Assembly (NCBI RefSeq): GCF_009914755.1
Contig: NC_060938.1
Length of the DNA stretch: 64,000 bases
Reading direction: 5' to 3' (one strand)
From: the human T2T-CHM13v2.0 reference genome, Homo sapiens
Positions 29,730 to 45,130 of the stretch are shown one piece after another. Under the pieces are notes generated by a model. That model was not told the origin of the DNA. It searched no databases and saw only the letters and a program-made list of their open reading frames with translations. Each line of letters opens with the position of its first letter. The first letter of the stretch is position 1. The translations under genes and the position numbers were made by a program.

Positions 29730-31035
29730 GCCAGTTCCTACATTCAAGAAGCTCACAGTTTAATAGAAAAGACAGGCAAGAAAACAGTCAACCATGATAC
29801 ATGAAGTGTTTGACAGATAAATATGCAAGATGGCAGAGTACAAAGTGGGGGTTTGGGGTTGCAACTTGAGCTAAGTTTTGAAGGGCAAAAGCAGTTAACC
29901 ACAGATGGTGTGGGGAAATGCGGAGTTCTGTTTGGGTCTTGTTGCATCTGAGGAATGATTTTTGTTGTTTACAATCAGGGAATCTTGGGTGTGTCTACCT
30001 GTTAAGGGGAATGAGGCAGTAGAGAAGTGGATGATGAAAAGAGTGGCTGGAAATTATGTCCGGAGAGCTCTGAGGAGGCAGAGAGCAAAGGGACACAGAT
30101 CACAGGCTCAGAGGTTGGCTTTGGCCAGAATAAGGAAGTTGAGAAAAGGCATAGATGGAATACTGCAAATACATTGTACACACCTTGAGAGTTGACAGGA
30201 AGGTAAGAGAGTTCGTGCTAGATGACCTCTATTTTATGTGAGGAGTGGAAGTATGCAGGATTTTAAGGAGGGGAGTTCTGTGGACAGATTTGTATTTTAA
30301 ACATCACACACCGGGGCCTGTCGTGGGGTGGGGGGCGGGGGAGGGATAGCATTAGGAGATATACCTAATGTAAATGACGAGTTAATGGGTGCAGCAAACC
30401 AACATGGCACAGGTATACATATGTAACAAACCTGCACGTTGTGCACGTGTATCCTAGAACTTAAAGTATAATAAGAAATAAAAGTAATAAATAATAAATA
30501 AAAAATGAAACACTCTGGTAGAGAGTCAAGGAATGAATATATGAGAGAAGCTAAGAAAAGACTAAAAGCTGACAGACTTATTAAGAGATTATTGGAGTCA
30601 TTCGGTGAAAAGAATCATCAAGGCCTGAATTAAGACAGTGACATTGGAAGGGAATAAGAGGGAATCCATAGATATTTCTAAGCCAAAATCATTCTAAGAA
30701 GTGATTGTTTAGTTATCAGGAATGAGGGAGAGAGAGAAAAGGAGGAGGATACCTGAGACATATTTGGTTTATCAGAAATTTGAGCAGGAACAGGGAGAAG
30801 TTTTAGGGAGAAAATAATGAGCTTAACTTTGAACACATTGAGATTTAGATAAAGATATTGACAAATTATAGATTTAGACAGGAATTGATTTAGATGTAGA
30901 TATAGGCAGTTGGATTTGTGGCTCCCGAGTTCAAGAGATGAGGTTTTAGCTGGAGAAAGTGTGGAGAAATCTGTTCTCTCCAGAAGGGTGGTTGAAACAA
31001 TGGGGATGTAGGTGAGATCAGCCTGTAGGAGTATG
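29730..31035 (-). mobile_element. L2 relic (interrupted by a short L1PA)
   Basis: 'tcaagaagctcacagtttaatag', 'gatttgtatttta...cactctgg', 'tttgaacacattgagattt'. Confidence 0.6.
30299..30505 (+). mobile_element. Severely 5'-truncated L1PA (PA5/6-like 3'UTR plus A-rich tail)
   Basis: 'acatcacacaccggggcctgtcgtggggtg...gagttaatgggtgcagcaaaccaacatggcac...aacttaaagtataataa'. Confidence 0.92.
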
Positions 31036-32239
31036 TGAAGAAAGGGGTTTTACAGCCTTTGTTTTTAATCCACTCCGTAATTCATCAATTTGTTAACCTC
31101 CTCTGTATTCAATGATTCCTAAATATCTACTCCACTTTCACACTTGGAGTCAATATTATTTCCTCTCATTTGGTGCTCCTATTGGTCAAGGGAACCTCCA
31201 AAAGCCCACACAAGCCATGGGAAGTAAGATCCACTATAAATATGTCCTATTATAATGAATTTATTTGTTATAGTTCTACTGTGAAGGCTTAAGATTACCA
31301 AATGACTATCTCCTTAGAAGTATAAAGCAAGCATAGTAAGCTAAGAGTCAGAATCCCCTTTTGTCAACTCTGACACTACTTATGGCATATTGGACAAATT
31401 TTTGCAATAGCTGGTTACTGAGGTTGATGCTCTCATTATGAATACAGTACAATGTATTGTTTTGCTCTTTAAGCAATCTTATATACACAGACATGAAATT
31501 ATCAAAAATGCTTTTAATCCATTTCAGTGCATGTATTATAATACACTAAATATATTTCCTTTTTTCATCACAGAAAGTCAAAAGATCTGTTTTTCTTGTA
31601 GTATTCATAAATGACCTTAAAACTGACCCACATATAACCTACTAATTACCCTCCATGTACCTTCCAGACCCTGATTAATTGTGTTTAGCGTTTATGTGAG
31701 ACTGTGACTCTACTCTGGAAATCATCTGTATAGCTTGTAATTCCCAGTGGAAAAAAAAATTGCTGTGACCTATACAGTTGGAGAAAAGAAAACACAGCTA
31801 CACTTTTCCAAAAGCAGAACAAAGCAATGAAATAACATACCTTTCACTAGGGACTTGGTGTTATCTGAAACCCTATAATCCACATCCCATTCTGCTTTTT
31901 CAATAGGTTGGATGATTTCAGTGTGCGAGTCAGAGAACTAATCAATTTTGAAACAGCATCTGCAAAAATAGATAATGTTCATGTAAAGGTCAACCTAGTC
32001 ATAAAACCTCATTGGTGTGAGTAAATAAACACACAGGCTTTGTATAGAGGGGTTCCCCTAAACAGAACAGCAGTGCAGGATTGGCAATGTGATACTGCAT
32101 CAATACCATCAAAAGAATTTACCAAGCACCAACATGTAGAATGAACTATGTGATTAAACTGACATGGTCCCTGAACTTCTATAATGTAATTTAACTTCTG
32201 TGCTCCTAATGGAACACTTAAGAATCTAAAACTCATTGG

Positions 32240-33720
<1,481 letters not shown>

Positions 33721-34963
33721 ATCTGCTGTAATCCAAATTTGAAATTCATTCAATTGCCATCATCCTTGACTTGTCTCTATTTTTCCTCTTATCTGCCCTT
33801 CCTGACTAGTAGCCCCAAGGGTTACACAAGCTTTGTGTCCTTGAACTCCTGCTCTGGCCTGTGTACACTCCTTCCGTACGCCAACCCCTGGAACTTAACA
33901 CATGTGCAATTGCTCCCATCACTGTTCTCCCCCATAAGTCAGCCTGTGTACTTTTCCAACTTCTCTAAGACTTTTTATACCCAGAGGTATTTGAGGACTG
34001 TTCTGAATGTTGTGTTCCAATCCTTGCTTGTTCAGATGTGGTCATGGATATGGCTAGACTCGAGCATAGATCTTTCCATGTTCCAAAAAGGCAGGCTTCT
34101 ACTTTTCCCAAATAATAAGGTATTGTTTTATTATATATTCCATCAACACTTTATGCCAGATGTTTGCTTGACAAATTACAGCTCTGAATTCTTGATCCAG
34201 TGTTTTACCTGATGAAGAGACATACTTTAGATATGATTATCTACCACAAAATAATTTACCAAGAACCAGATTTGATTATTTGTATATTTACTCACTTTAT
34301 ATTCATTACATGTATTTTTATTTACTTTCCCAGTCTTCATTACTCCAGACTGGTTAAGGTCTTAAGGTCATAGGCTAAAGTTAAACACTCTTAACATACA
34401 GACTCCCTGCATCATGATATTTCTGCAAAAAATTAAGACAGTAGGAATTTTCTCTGGACAAAGCACTTTTAAAAATCCAAGGGGAATATTTCCTTCTTAT
34501 TTGTGTGACACAACTTTTTAATGAGCAAGGCATATGCCTTCTATATTTGATAACACAAAGACAGACAATATTTCATACATAAAAATAAGATTTTATCAGA
34601 ATAACCTAAGATGATCTAGATTTGGCCATTTTGTGTTAGCTAAACATGACCTGAAAGAAGAATTTTAGCTGTAATAATGTAGTGATTCTAAAATTTAAGA
34701 TATTCTTTTAAAAGTTTCCTCATTCGGTTGCCTCATTGTAAGTACATTTTGCAGACAGCTCGTATTTAGAGGATGCCTCAGAAAATAATCATTGTTCAAT
34801 AGGGGCTTCATCGACATTTAGCTTAATTTAGCTTCACATCTTAACATTTTTTAGCCTCCTCCAACTAATTCCATTTAGAAAGCAAACTCTCCTGTTGTGC
34901 TGGTTAGTTCCTCTGGGAAGCAGACACCATGATGGAGTCTATAATGCAAGAGATATGCCTGAG

Positions 34964-35009
34964 AAAGGTAAAAGGGAGATGGGCTTAAAGGTAAAAGGGA
35001 GATGGGCTT
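34964..35009. repeat. Perfect 23-bp tandem duplication
   Basis: aaaggtaaaagggagatgggctt x2, inside an LTR16-like fragment (about 34895-35020). Confidence 0.95.
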
Positions 35010-36634
35010 AGACTGTATTTGCATGTACTATACAAAAGGTGGAGCACATGCCAATTATCCATGTCAAAGAATTTGGAGGCAGTGAGCCAGTGAAGATTAT
35101 GCAGGGGCTAAATTCTCTCCTTGGCCACCTTTGACTTAGACACAGAGTGGTTGTTCAATCAATACTGGCTCATTTGAAATTTCATCGAGCAACAGCAAAG
35201 TTAAACATTTGCAAGGTCGCACGCAGTCTCCTCTGAATTATAAAGCACTTTTTGAACATCCTCAATGTAAAGAAGGCAAACTGAGGCACAGTTCATGGGC
35301 AGAGCCAGGCAGAGCCTGGAGCTCTTGCCCTCCAACGGGCGATCCTAACCCAGCACATTCATTCCCTTCCCCTCCCCCTGCTCCAAAGCTTGATGTGTGT
35401 TGAATACACTCGGTAGTTCTCAACATGTTTTTTCCTTACAGTTCTTTATTAGCAACATTCATTTAGGTTTTGGACTCTTGTCAAATGTAATGTGAATGGA
35501 GACCAGATGCCTTTTCTGAACTCAACAGAACAAGAGGAGAGTCACAGAGCCCATCTTGCCACAATCAAAACTAGTGCTTACAACAACACCCACTGTTGGT
35601 GACAGGCTGTGTGGAACAGGGCCAGTGCTGATCTAGCAGTATATGCCAGCTCAATGAGTCAGAAAAATGTTTCAGATGTGCCAGGTTGCTCAGAAATCCC
35701 CATGAGTTCCTGGGCAGAATAATTGTTGTGTTCCCCAAGAGCAAGGAACCAAGATGATCAGAAGCAACATCCCTGGGATGGTGTGTGTCATTCGTGTCCC
35801 TAGCTGGCAGCAGAGGGCCATTGCTTTGAAAAGGGTACCGTAGACCCACATGAAGGGCTGCAAAGGCCAGGGGTAGGGTATCTGGCAGCCATTCAAAAAC
35901 ACAGGATGGGGGAGAAGCAATTGTGGGAAGGAATTCAAGGCAGACAAAAGGATTAACAGCAAAAAGATGCAGGGTGTAGGGGGAAGGATGATTATCGTTT
36001 GCTGTGGGTTTAGCAACACTAACATGTTTTTATGAATATTTACAAGAACATTTGGAAGCTGTGTCTTCTGCCCACACAGCCTCCACCCCCAAGCCTCTTG
36101 GTAGGAACTGCATCATATTTAATGAGGCTGGGGGTGGAAGGGGGAACCAGGTCTTCTTTCCTTCCAGGTTGCCATTACCGAGCCTAGTTGCCAAGACTCC
36201 CAGGGGCAAATATTAAGTGAAGGAACGTTCGAACAAGAGAAGCCAGGCCTAGGTTTCTCTGCTCATAATATGAAGCCTGATGGGTGATGAAGGGAAATGA
36301 GAACTGAAAGCAATGGTATCAAAAAGACATGAAAGAGATGAAGTGAGAAAGTCTCAGGAGAAAGGTCCATTTTTATGCCAGTGTTCTTGACTTCTTCAGT
36401 AGAGTAAAAGAGTTTATCAGTGTCTCTAAGTTAAATGAACTGTTAACAAAATCCGATCAATTCTCATTTCTTGTGAGTGGACTAACAGGTCAGCCTCCTG
36501 TCCCTTCTGACTCCTGCTGCCTGGCTTTAGTCCACTTCCTTCTATCACTACTTCCACCACAAGAGGCTTCTATCCTCGTTGATAGTCTAAGTTTTCAATC
36601 CCCTAAAGCATTTATCTAATTATGTATTGAGGCA

Positions 36635-36845
36635 GAAGAGTAGCAGTCAGGACCACAAGTTCTGGAACTACACTGCCTCCAGTCTAATCCAAGCCCCATC
36701 ACTCTGGGAAAGTTACCTAGCCTCTTTATATCTCAACGTTATCATCTGTAAAAAGGAGCTGGTAACAGATAAGGGTCAGTGGATGTAAACCAAGGAAAGC
36801 ATTTGGCATTCAGTAAGAGCTCAATAAGTGTTAGCATTATTATTA
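36635..36845 (+). mobile_element. MIR
   Basis: 'gggaaagttacctagcctct...tcatctgtaaaaagg...agtaagagctcaataagtgttagc'. Confidence 0.75.
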
Positions 36846-37124
36846 TAGACCATCCTCAACTTTCATGCAACAAGTGTCTTGCATATGACACGTGTTTACG
36901 TACATTATACATTGATACCCCTAAAATACTGAATTGAGACTTTCAAATGTCATCTGACTCACAATAGCGTCTAGTTAATCAAGGCACTTGACTACCAGCT
37001 ACTGAGAGAGAACAGGAGGTTTCATGTGTGGGAATCTCTGGCAGTATTAACCTTGGGACTGATGCAAATCAAACGTTCTGGCAGATTTGTGTTATCTCTT
37101 CAGTCATGATCAGCTATATTGTAG

Positions 37125-37434
<310 letters not shown>

Positions 37435-37439
37435 TAATT

Positions 37440-39530
37440 ACATTTCTTTTCTAATAAAGTTGCAGTTTGTTTGTCCTGGAGTTAATGTTCACATCTTTTT
37501 ATTGTTGTTCATTTGTTTGTTTCTTTGTTTGCTTGATTTTCTATGTTCTTTTCTCTAAACCTTTCCAAACTCTTTAAAAGAAACATAAAATCCCTTTTAT
37601 CAAAATCTCCACATAATCAAGTGATCAAATTCATTTCATTTAACTGAAGACAGACTTGCTGGAACTTTCCATCCTCCTGCTCTGATCTGTACTAGTGGCT
37701 GTCAGCATTCATACTGAAATTTGTTCCTAACTATCATCTAAGGGACTTCTTATCTCTCTCCGACATTGGATTCTTTATTTGTTGTATCACCTATATTTCT
37801 CTCTGGTTCATTTCTCTCCTTTACTAAGCACAGTCACAAATAGCTTCTTAGGAAAGAGTGCATTGAATGTAAGCTTTTTGAAAATTTGTATACCAAAAAA
37901 ATTATTTATTCCTCTTTGACACTACAATGATAGTATGGCTGCTGGGTGAATAATTCTAGGTTGAAATAGTAATTCCTCAGACCTTTGAATTCACGTTTCC
38001 ACAGTATTCCAGTCCACTGGAAGGCAGACTTCCAGTGTTGCTGTTCAAACCTCAGATGTCATTCTCACTCAACCCTTTGATATGATCTGGTTTTGTTCTT
38101 CCTGGAAGCATTTAGTGTTTAATTCTTTATTCCCAGTGTTCTGAAATTTCAGGATGATGTTCTATCATGTGAGTCTTTTTTTCTTTCATTTTGCTGGATA
38201 CTTAAAGACAATTTCCAATCTTTAGACTGATGATGTTCAATTTGAAAAAAAAACTGTCTTTTTCTTTTGTAATTTCTGCCTTATTATTTTCTATGTTCTT
38301 TTTTTTCAAACTTAGATGCTGACCTCTTGGATTGAACCTCCAGGGTTTTTTTAATTTATCTCCTACTTTATCTTTTTTTGTCTCATTCTATTTTCTTGGG
38401 GATTTCTTAAATTTTGTCTTCTTAGCCTTTAATTAATTTGAAAAATATTTCTATCACATTTGTTTTGGTTTCTTTTCTTTTTTTTTTTTTTTTTTTTTTT
38501 TTTTGAGATGTAGTCTTGCTCTGTCACTCAGGCTGGAGTGCAGTGGCACTATCTTGGCTCACTGCAACCTCTGCCTCCCAGATTCAAGCGATTCTCTTGC
38601 CTCAGCCTCCTGAGTAGATGGGATTACAGGCGCCTGCAAAAATGCCCAACTAGTTTTCTGAATTTTTAGTAGAGACGGGGTTTCGCCATGTTGGCCTGGC
38701 TTATCTTGAACGCCTGACCTCAAGTGATCCACCCACCTCAGCCTCCCAAAGTGCTGGGATTACAGGCATGAGCCACCACACGAAGCCATACTTTTTTTGT
38801 TGTTGTTTGTTTTTTGTTTTTGTTTATTTTTTTTAGTTTCTAAGATTTCTTACTTCTTTTCTGATTTTTTTAAAGTATCCTCTTCTGGTTCCATCAAAAG
38901 ATATTACAAAGTGTTTTATTTTGTTGTTTACATTGTCTTAATCCTTGATTCTTTTTTCTTCTGAATTCTTTAGTGAGTTAGCTAGTTAGTTCTGTTATTT
39001 TGGTCTCTGTTGGAGGCTTTCCTTAAATGTCTGGCAATCTGTCTGTCTGCAGACATTTAAGAGTGAGATAATAAAAAGCTGACTGGAAGCCCATGTTCAC
39101 CAATATACTTTTCTTATCGGCAATTAAGCAGAAATCCAGACTTTTCTTTAGGAAACTCCCCAGATGTCAGTATCCATAGGTCTTTCCTAGGAGCTGGTCT
39201 CTAATCTTCTGTCAGCTAGCATTAATGGAGCTTAGTAGCAGAAGGAGGCTGAGAGGAGCTACTTATTTTCCACTGTAAGAACTTTCATTCAACCTCTCTG
39301 TTTCTAGTGGGGCCCTTACTCCTGTCTTCCACTGTGCCTGGTGCACCAAAATCCAAAGGCTCTCTTATTCAACATATCTAATAAATAAATAATATAGTCA
39401 CATTACATATACATATAAACACACAAATGGGATTATACCATCCACATTACTCTTTATCTTGCTTCTTTCTTTTAACAACTTGTCAGAGATGCTTTTCTGT
39501 GTCAGTACACACAGCTCTACTTTTCACTAA
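37440..39530 (-). mobile_element. Old L1M (L1ME/L1MC-like) relic
   Basis: T-rich; 'tgatagtatggctg...aattctaggttgaaa', 'gtgttctgaaatttcaggatgatgt', 'ggaggctttccttaaatgtctgg'. Confidence 0.65.
38462..38787 (-). mobile_element. AluSx-like
   Basis: Long poly(T) then reverse Alu; 'cctgacctcaagtgatcc'. Confidence 0.92.
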
Positions 39531-40753
39531 GCATAACTGTTCCCCAGAGGCATCATCCTTAAAATGACAATTTGATCTGAAAATCATGTTACCTCTTTAA
39601 GGAAAAATGTCCAATCAGAAGAAAACTCATTTGCATAAAAATTAATACTTGCTGTTTAACAGACCTATCACATCAAACATGATCTGAAACAGCAATGAAA
39701 ATGTGTCAGTTTGTCATCATTTATGTTCATTTATTATATTTATGTCATCATTAATATTATTTGTACTTCTATTCATATATCTCTACCACCTTCTCACTAT
39801 TCCCAAATCACTACACTGTAAGAACCCAAAATTCCAAAATCTTTTCACAGAAAATCCAGTGAGTGTTCTATCCATAGGCCTCCATTTTAATCCCAATAAA
39901 GATTTTCATGTGAAGCAATAATGAAAAACTGGGGGCAAAGAGTGGGAAGATGCAGAATATATAAATGCATTTTAGGCTGCTGATCAATTGTTTAGCTAAG
40001 TAAGTTAAGAATCTCTCCATACCCCCTCCAAAAAAACTAAAAACAGAAAACAAATGTAAATTTTTCTTTAAAATATGTTACTTTTTGTATTTTTCCCCTT
40101 AGGGATTATATTGGTCAAGTCATTTGATTGCAATTGACAGAATCCACTCCCATTATGTTAAGCAAGAAATGGATATATTAAAGTATGTTAAATAACTTAC
40201 AGAATTTTTGGGAAGGCTGAACAAATGGACCAGAGGCTAGTGGTCTAAAGTGAAATCATGCCAGAAAAGTGGTCTGAGAAGAAAACTGCCACCACGCCAT
40301 CAATATCCCTTGTGCCACTTCCTTGTCAAGAGTTCATCCTTGCAAATACTCATGTCCCCCAAAAGCTGGATACCTCTAACACAGGCTAACAGACTGGAAG
40401 CTATTTTGTTTTGTTGCTCATTTCCGAATTGACGTCTTGCTTAGATGGTCTGTGTCCTAGATTAAAAGTGGCTGAAGATTTTTTAATAATTAAAATAATA
40501 ACTATGTTTATTGAATGCTTTCTAAGTTAGACTATTGTAAGTACTTCCCAGGTATGAAATTATGAATGCAAACGTCCTCCCAGCTCTCATGTTTGCCATA
40601 AAAGTTGAAATATTCTTCCAGTCCTTTTAAGATGTTTTTCCTTTTGGTCTTTGTAATTTTTCTTCAGCTTTATTAAAATTGATAATGCAATAAACTACAT
40701 ATATTTGAGGTGTATTGTTTGATAAGTTTTATTATATAACTTACTGTTGATAA

Positions 40754-41066
40754 GAGTAGTCTCCTGTTACCTGCAAAGAACATGTTCCCAGATCTCTCGG
40801 TGGATGCTTGAAATTGTGGAATGGTACCAAACCCTACAGGTATACTGTTTTTTCCTATATTGAACATATATGTATATATAATAAAGTTTAATATACAAAT
40901 AGGTACGATAAGAGATCAACAATAATGAATAATAAAATAGAGCAATTATAACACTATACTGTAGTAAAAGTTATATAAATGTGGTTTCTCTCTCAAAATA
41001 CTCTAACATTTTCAAACCACAACTGAAACCATGGAAAGCAAAACCACAGATAAGGGGGGACTATTG
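40754..41066. mobile_element. MER44A-like TcMar-Tigger MITE nested in L1M
   Basis: TIR-like ends gagtagtctcctgttacc / gataaggggggactattg followed by TA. Confidence 0.8.
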
Positions 41067-42445
41067 TATACACCTATGACATCATTACCATGAAAAATCC
41101 ATTTCATGGTAATGATTTATCCATTTACCTCCAAAATTTTCTTCACAACCTTTGTAATCCATTCCACCCACTTCATATTCCCCTATCTATAGTCAATCAC
41201 AGATCTGTTTATTGCTCATATAGATTAATATGCATTTTCCAGAAATTTTAACAAATGGAATCATTTAGCATGTATTTTTTTGCCTGACTTCTTTTATTCA
41301 GCATAATAATTTTGAGACTAATCCATGTTGCTGCATGTATCAATAGTTCATTCATTTTTATTTCTTGATAGCATTTCATTGTATAGATGTAGCATATTGC
41401 AGTTATCTATTTATCTGTTGATGGATAATTGGATTGTTTCCAGTTTGGGGCTAATTCAAATAAAGTTCCTATGGATATCCATGGGCAGGCATATGTTTTC
41501 ATTTCTTTTGGATAGATACCCATAAGTAGAAAGGCTAGGTCAAATAGTAGGTATATATTTTACTTTCTAAGTAATTGTCAAATTGTTTTCCTAAATGGCC
41601 ATACCATTTCCAAATGGCCATAACATGAGCAGTCTATGAGACTTCCAGTAACTCCAAATTCTCAGCACTTAATATGGTCAGTCTTATTAATTTTAGCCAT
41701 TTTATTGGGTGCTTATTATAGTTTTAATTTGCATTTCCCTAAAGACTGTGATGTTGAGCATCCTTTGTGTGTTTAATTACCATTCATATCTCTTCTTTGA
41801 TGAAGCATCTGTTAGAATCATATGCCCACTTTTAATTGGATTGTTTGTCTTCCTATAATTAAGTTGTGAGATTTCTTTATATATCCTAGATACAAGTCCT
41901 TTGTCAGATGAGTGTTTTCAAATATTTTCTCCCATTGTCTCACTTGCCTTTTCAATTTCCTAAACATTGTATTTCAAAAGCAAAAGTTCTTGATTTTGAT
42001 GAGGTCCCACTTACTGATTTTGCAGTTTGTGCTTTTTGTTAGTACTTATAAAATCTTTGCCAAACCCAAAGGCACTAATATTTTTTCCTATGTTTTAGTT
42101 TAGGATTTTAAAAATTTTAGCCATTAAGACTGTGATTCATTTTGAGTCAAATTTTTATGTGGTGTGAGATCAGGGTGGCAGTTCATTCTTTTGCATAGGG
42201 TTATCCAATTGTTCTAGCACCATATGTTACAAAGATTATATTTTCTTCCTTGAATTTTCTTAGCATATTTGTCAAAAATCACTTGACCAAACCTATTCGG
42301 ATCTATTTGTGGACTCCTGATTCATTGAGCTGTATTTCTAACTTTGTACCAATACCACACTGCCTTGATTATTATAGCTTTATAATAATTCTTGAATCCT
42401 ACAGTTAGTACTTCTACTTTGTTCTTCTTTTGCAGTGTTATTCTG

Positions 42446-42492
<47 letters not shown>
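42446..42492. repeat. (TG)n microsatellite
   Basis: About 23 TG units with one CG interruption. Confidence 0.97.
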
Positions 42493-42497
<5 letters not shown>

Positions 42498-44638
42498 CTA
42501 AATGCTTTGCATTTCCAAGTAAATTTTAGAAATGTATATTCTAAGCTGGACGATTTGTACAAAAGCCAACTGGAATTATGATTATATTACATCTATGCAT
42601 TAATTTAGGGATAAATGACATCATAATAATAAGATGTCTGATCCATGAAAACAATGCATCTCTCCATTGACTTTGGCTTTTTTTAGTTGCTTTCAATGTT
42701 TTGTAGTTTTCAGTGTATATGTCTTATGTAAATTGTCAAATTTATCCCTAAGTATTTCATATTTTCGATGTTATAAATGGCATTGTTTTTATGTTAATTT
42801 CAATTTCTGCAAGGGAAAATGGCAGTGATTTTATACATATATATATAATTAATTCTCTTCATTCTTCATCTAGTTCATCCTTAGCTCAAGTTATTGTTAT
42901 GTTTCATCAGCTGAATTCTCACTACAGGTCTCTATTTTCACTTACTTATTTAAAAAATTGATGTTAAGTTGTTACTTTCTAAATATGTTGATAACTAAGC
43001 TATCAGATGAGTCATTTAATCTATTCTGATTTTGTTTGAATGTTAATACATAAGTTATGATTAATTACATATTTTATGTATAAATGTATTTTATCAATTG
43101 ATTGAGTTAATTGGTAAACATACCATGCCAGTCCATTTACTTAAGTTAATCATTAGAGTTAGATGAATAGTAATGTCAGAACTAATATATGTGATAACAT
43201 GAAAAAAATGAAAGGGGAAGAAATAAGTATTTATAAAATCTAATTTACTTCAAAATAATATTTTTAAAACTGTACCTGAGTAAATGGAACTACAACCTGA
43301 AACTGTGACTTCAAATAGAGTTTAGGGTCCAATTTCTTGACACTCAAACAGGTTAAAGCATTGGAGAAAATTAGTGCTTCTCCAAGGAGATAAGCCATGA
43401 CAGGTTGATCGTGACTGAGCTTCTCAATGAACCAAATGCACATACAACAACTAAATGGATTTCAAAATTCTGAATTGAAATCTGTGTTGTTAATGGTTTT
43501 ACTGCATAATATCCGCAGAGATGCCTTGATAGTGAGCAAATGATCAAAATCAATGTCAATATGCGAAACAGTTTAAGTCAAAATACACATGACCCAAGCC
43601 TTTTAGTAGGTAACAAGTTGTCTTAATCATTTCAAACTATACTTAAAGAAGTTATTCAAAATTCCGAGTGAATAAAACACCTTTTTTCTTTCAAAATCTT
43701 TTTTTTCAAATTAGCTTGTCAAGGCCAAAATGATATATCATTACAGACCTTCAATATGACTGCTTTTCAAACACAAAATGTCTGTTACAAATTTCAGATT
43801 TGCCTGATTAAATTAATGTGAGGTTTTTTTTTTGTAGAGAAAAATTTTTTAATAAAAGACATATTTTAAAATATAGTCACTTGCTTCATTCCAGACACCT
43901 TCTATAAAATCAACACATTTCAAAGAAAAGTATTCAATTATTATGTTTCTCAGCTCAACCAAAATGAATTTGGATTTTGATATTATAGCTGTGCTTCCCA
44001 ATTATAGATTTATGAACATTTGGCCAGTTTGAAGGGTGGTCCTAGACAAAACATTCATCATAGTCACAGTGGTCCTAAAAATGGGAAAGCAATGTTCTCA
44101 TCTACATTGAACATTTCTCCAACTCAACAATCACCAGGGGAATTCTGAAAACTGCATTTCCCCAGGTGTGGGGAAGATAGGAAGTAGCCTGCCCTTGTCC
44201 TAATTGGCTTTGACCAAATCAAAGCCATTACTTCTGTTGTTTCTACAACAGTGAAGTGCTTTAGGTAGTCACAGCCATTCATAAAGCAGACATTCCTATG
44301 GGATTTTTGCTGTCGTTGTCAGAAGCTTCCTTACAAAATACACAAATAGTATAAGAAAAAGACACACAATACAGGAAATCAAGAAAGAGGTGTTATGAGG
44401 AGAGAGTTAAATGGTGAAGAACATCATAACAAATAGGTTAGACAAATATAGAAATTTTACATTTAAAATTGTTTGCAATGATAGCTTGAGAGAGAGAAAA
44501 TTATATGTAACCTATATGCCTTTTGTTATGCAACTTCTCATAGGCAAAGGGTGTTCACAGCAGGGCCAGGAGTTTTATAGGTTAGTAGATAAAAAGAAAA
44601 TACTAAGCATTCACAATATTCCAGCCAGAGATAGTACT

Positions 44639-45040
44639 TGTGCTGGTTACTTTCTGTTTGGATTGCTAGATCCATTCACCGTTCTTCTCTGCCCTGCTCT
44701 GTATACCAGAAGTCTGATCCCTAAGGACTGCATTACCCAGGCTTTTCATATCACGTGCCCAACCGGGAGCTCAGGACATCAGAGTGTAGGAAAAGAGCTG
44801 GTTTAAGATCTTTCACAGCTTCAGCTCTTTCCAGTCTCTGGTAATCATCCCTGCTCTTGGCCCCTTCAAGACTGGGTGGGAATGGTAGACCTATCCTCTG
44901 CTGTGAAGTCCCTGGATGTATTATCTTTGCCTTCTGATTTCCATAACTCTGCCCACATCTCTACAAATCATCCCTTCTTCAAACTTTCTTCAGCTAAACC
45001 TTACTGAGGATGTCAACTGTTACCTGCTAGGACCCCTACC
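44639..45040 (+). mobile_element. LTR33-like ERVL solo LTR
   Basis: 'tagatccattcaccgttcttctctgccctgctctgt...ggactgcattacc' and 'ctgttacctgctaggaccct'. Confidence 0.6.
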
Positions 45041-45130
45041 TTCGGATCACTGCTAATATTCTGTTTTAATCCCATTTAGTATTTTAAGAGTATACTTTCA
45101 TTTTGAATAATGTATTATACAGTAAGCCCC

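Larger units (their letters stand above)
40660..42810 (-). mobile_element. L1MC/L1MD-type element (3' about 2 kb)
   Basis: 'cagctttattaaaattgataatgcaataaactacatatatttgaggtgta', 'aaatggaatcat', 'gttttaatttgcatttccctaa', 'ccaattgttctagcacca'. Confidence 0.8.
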
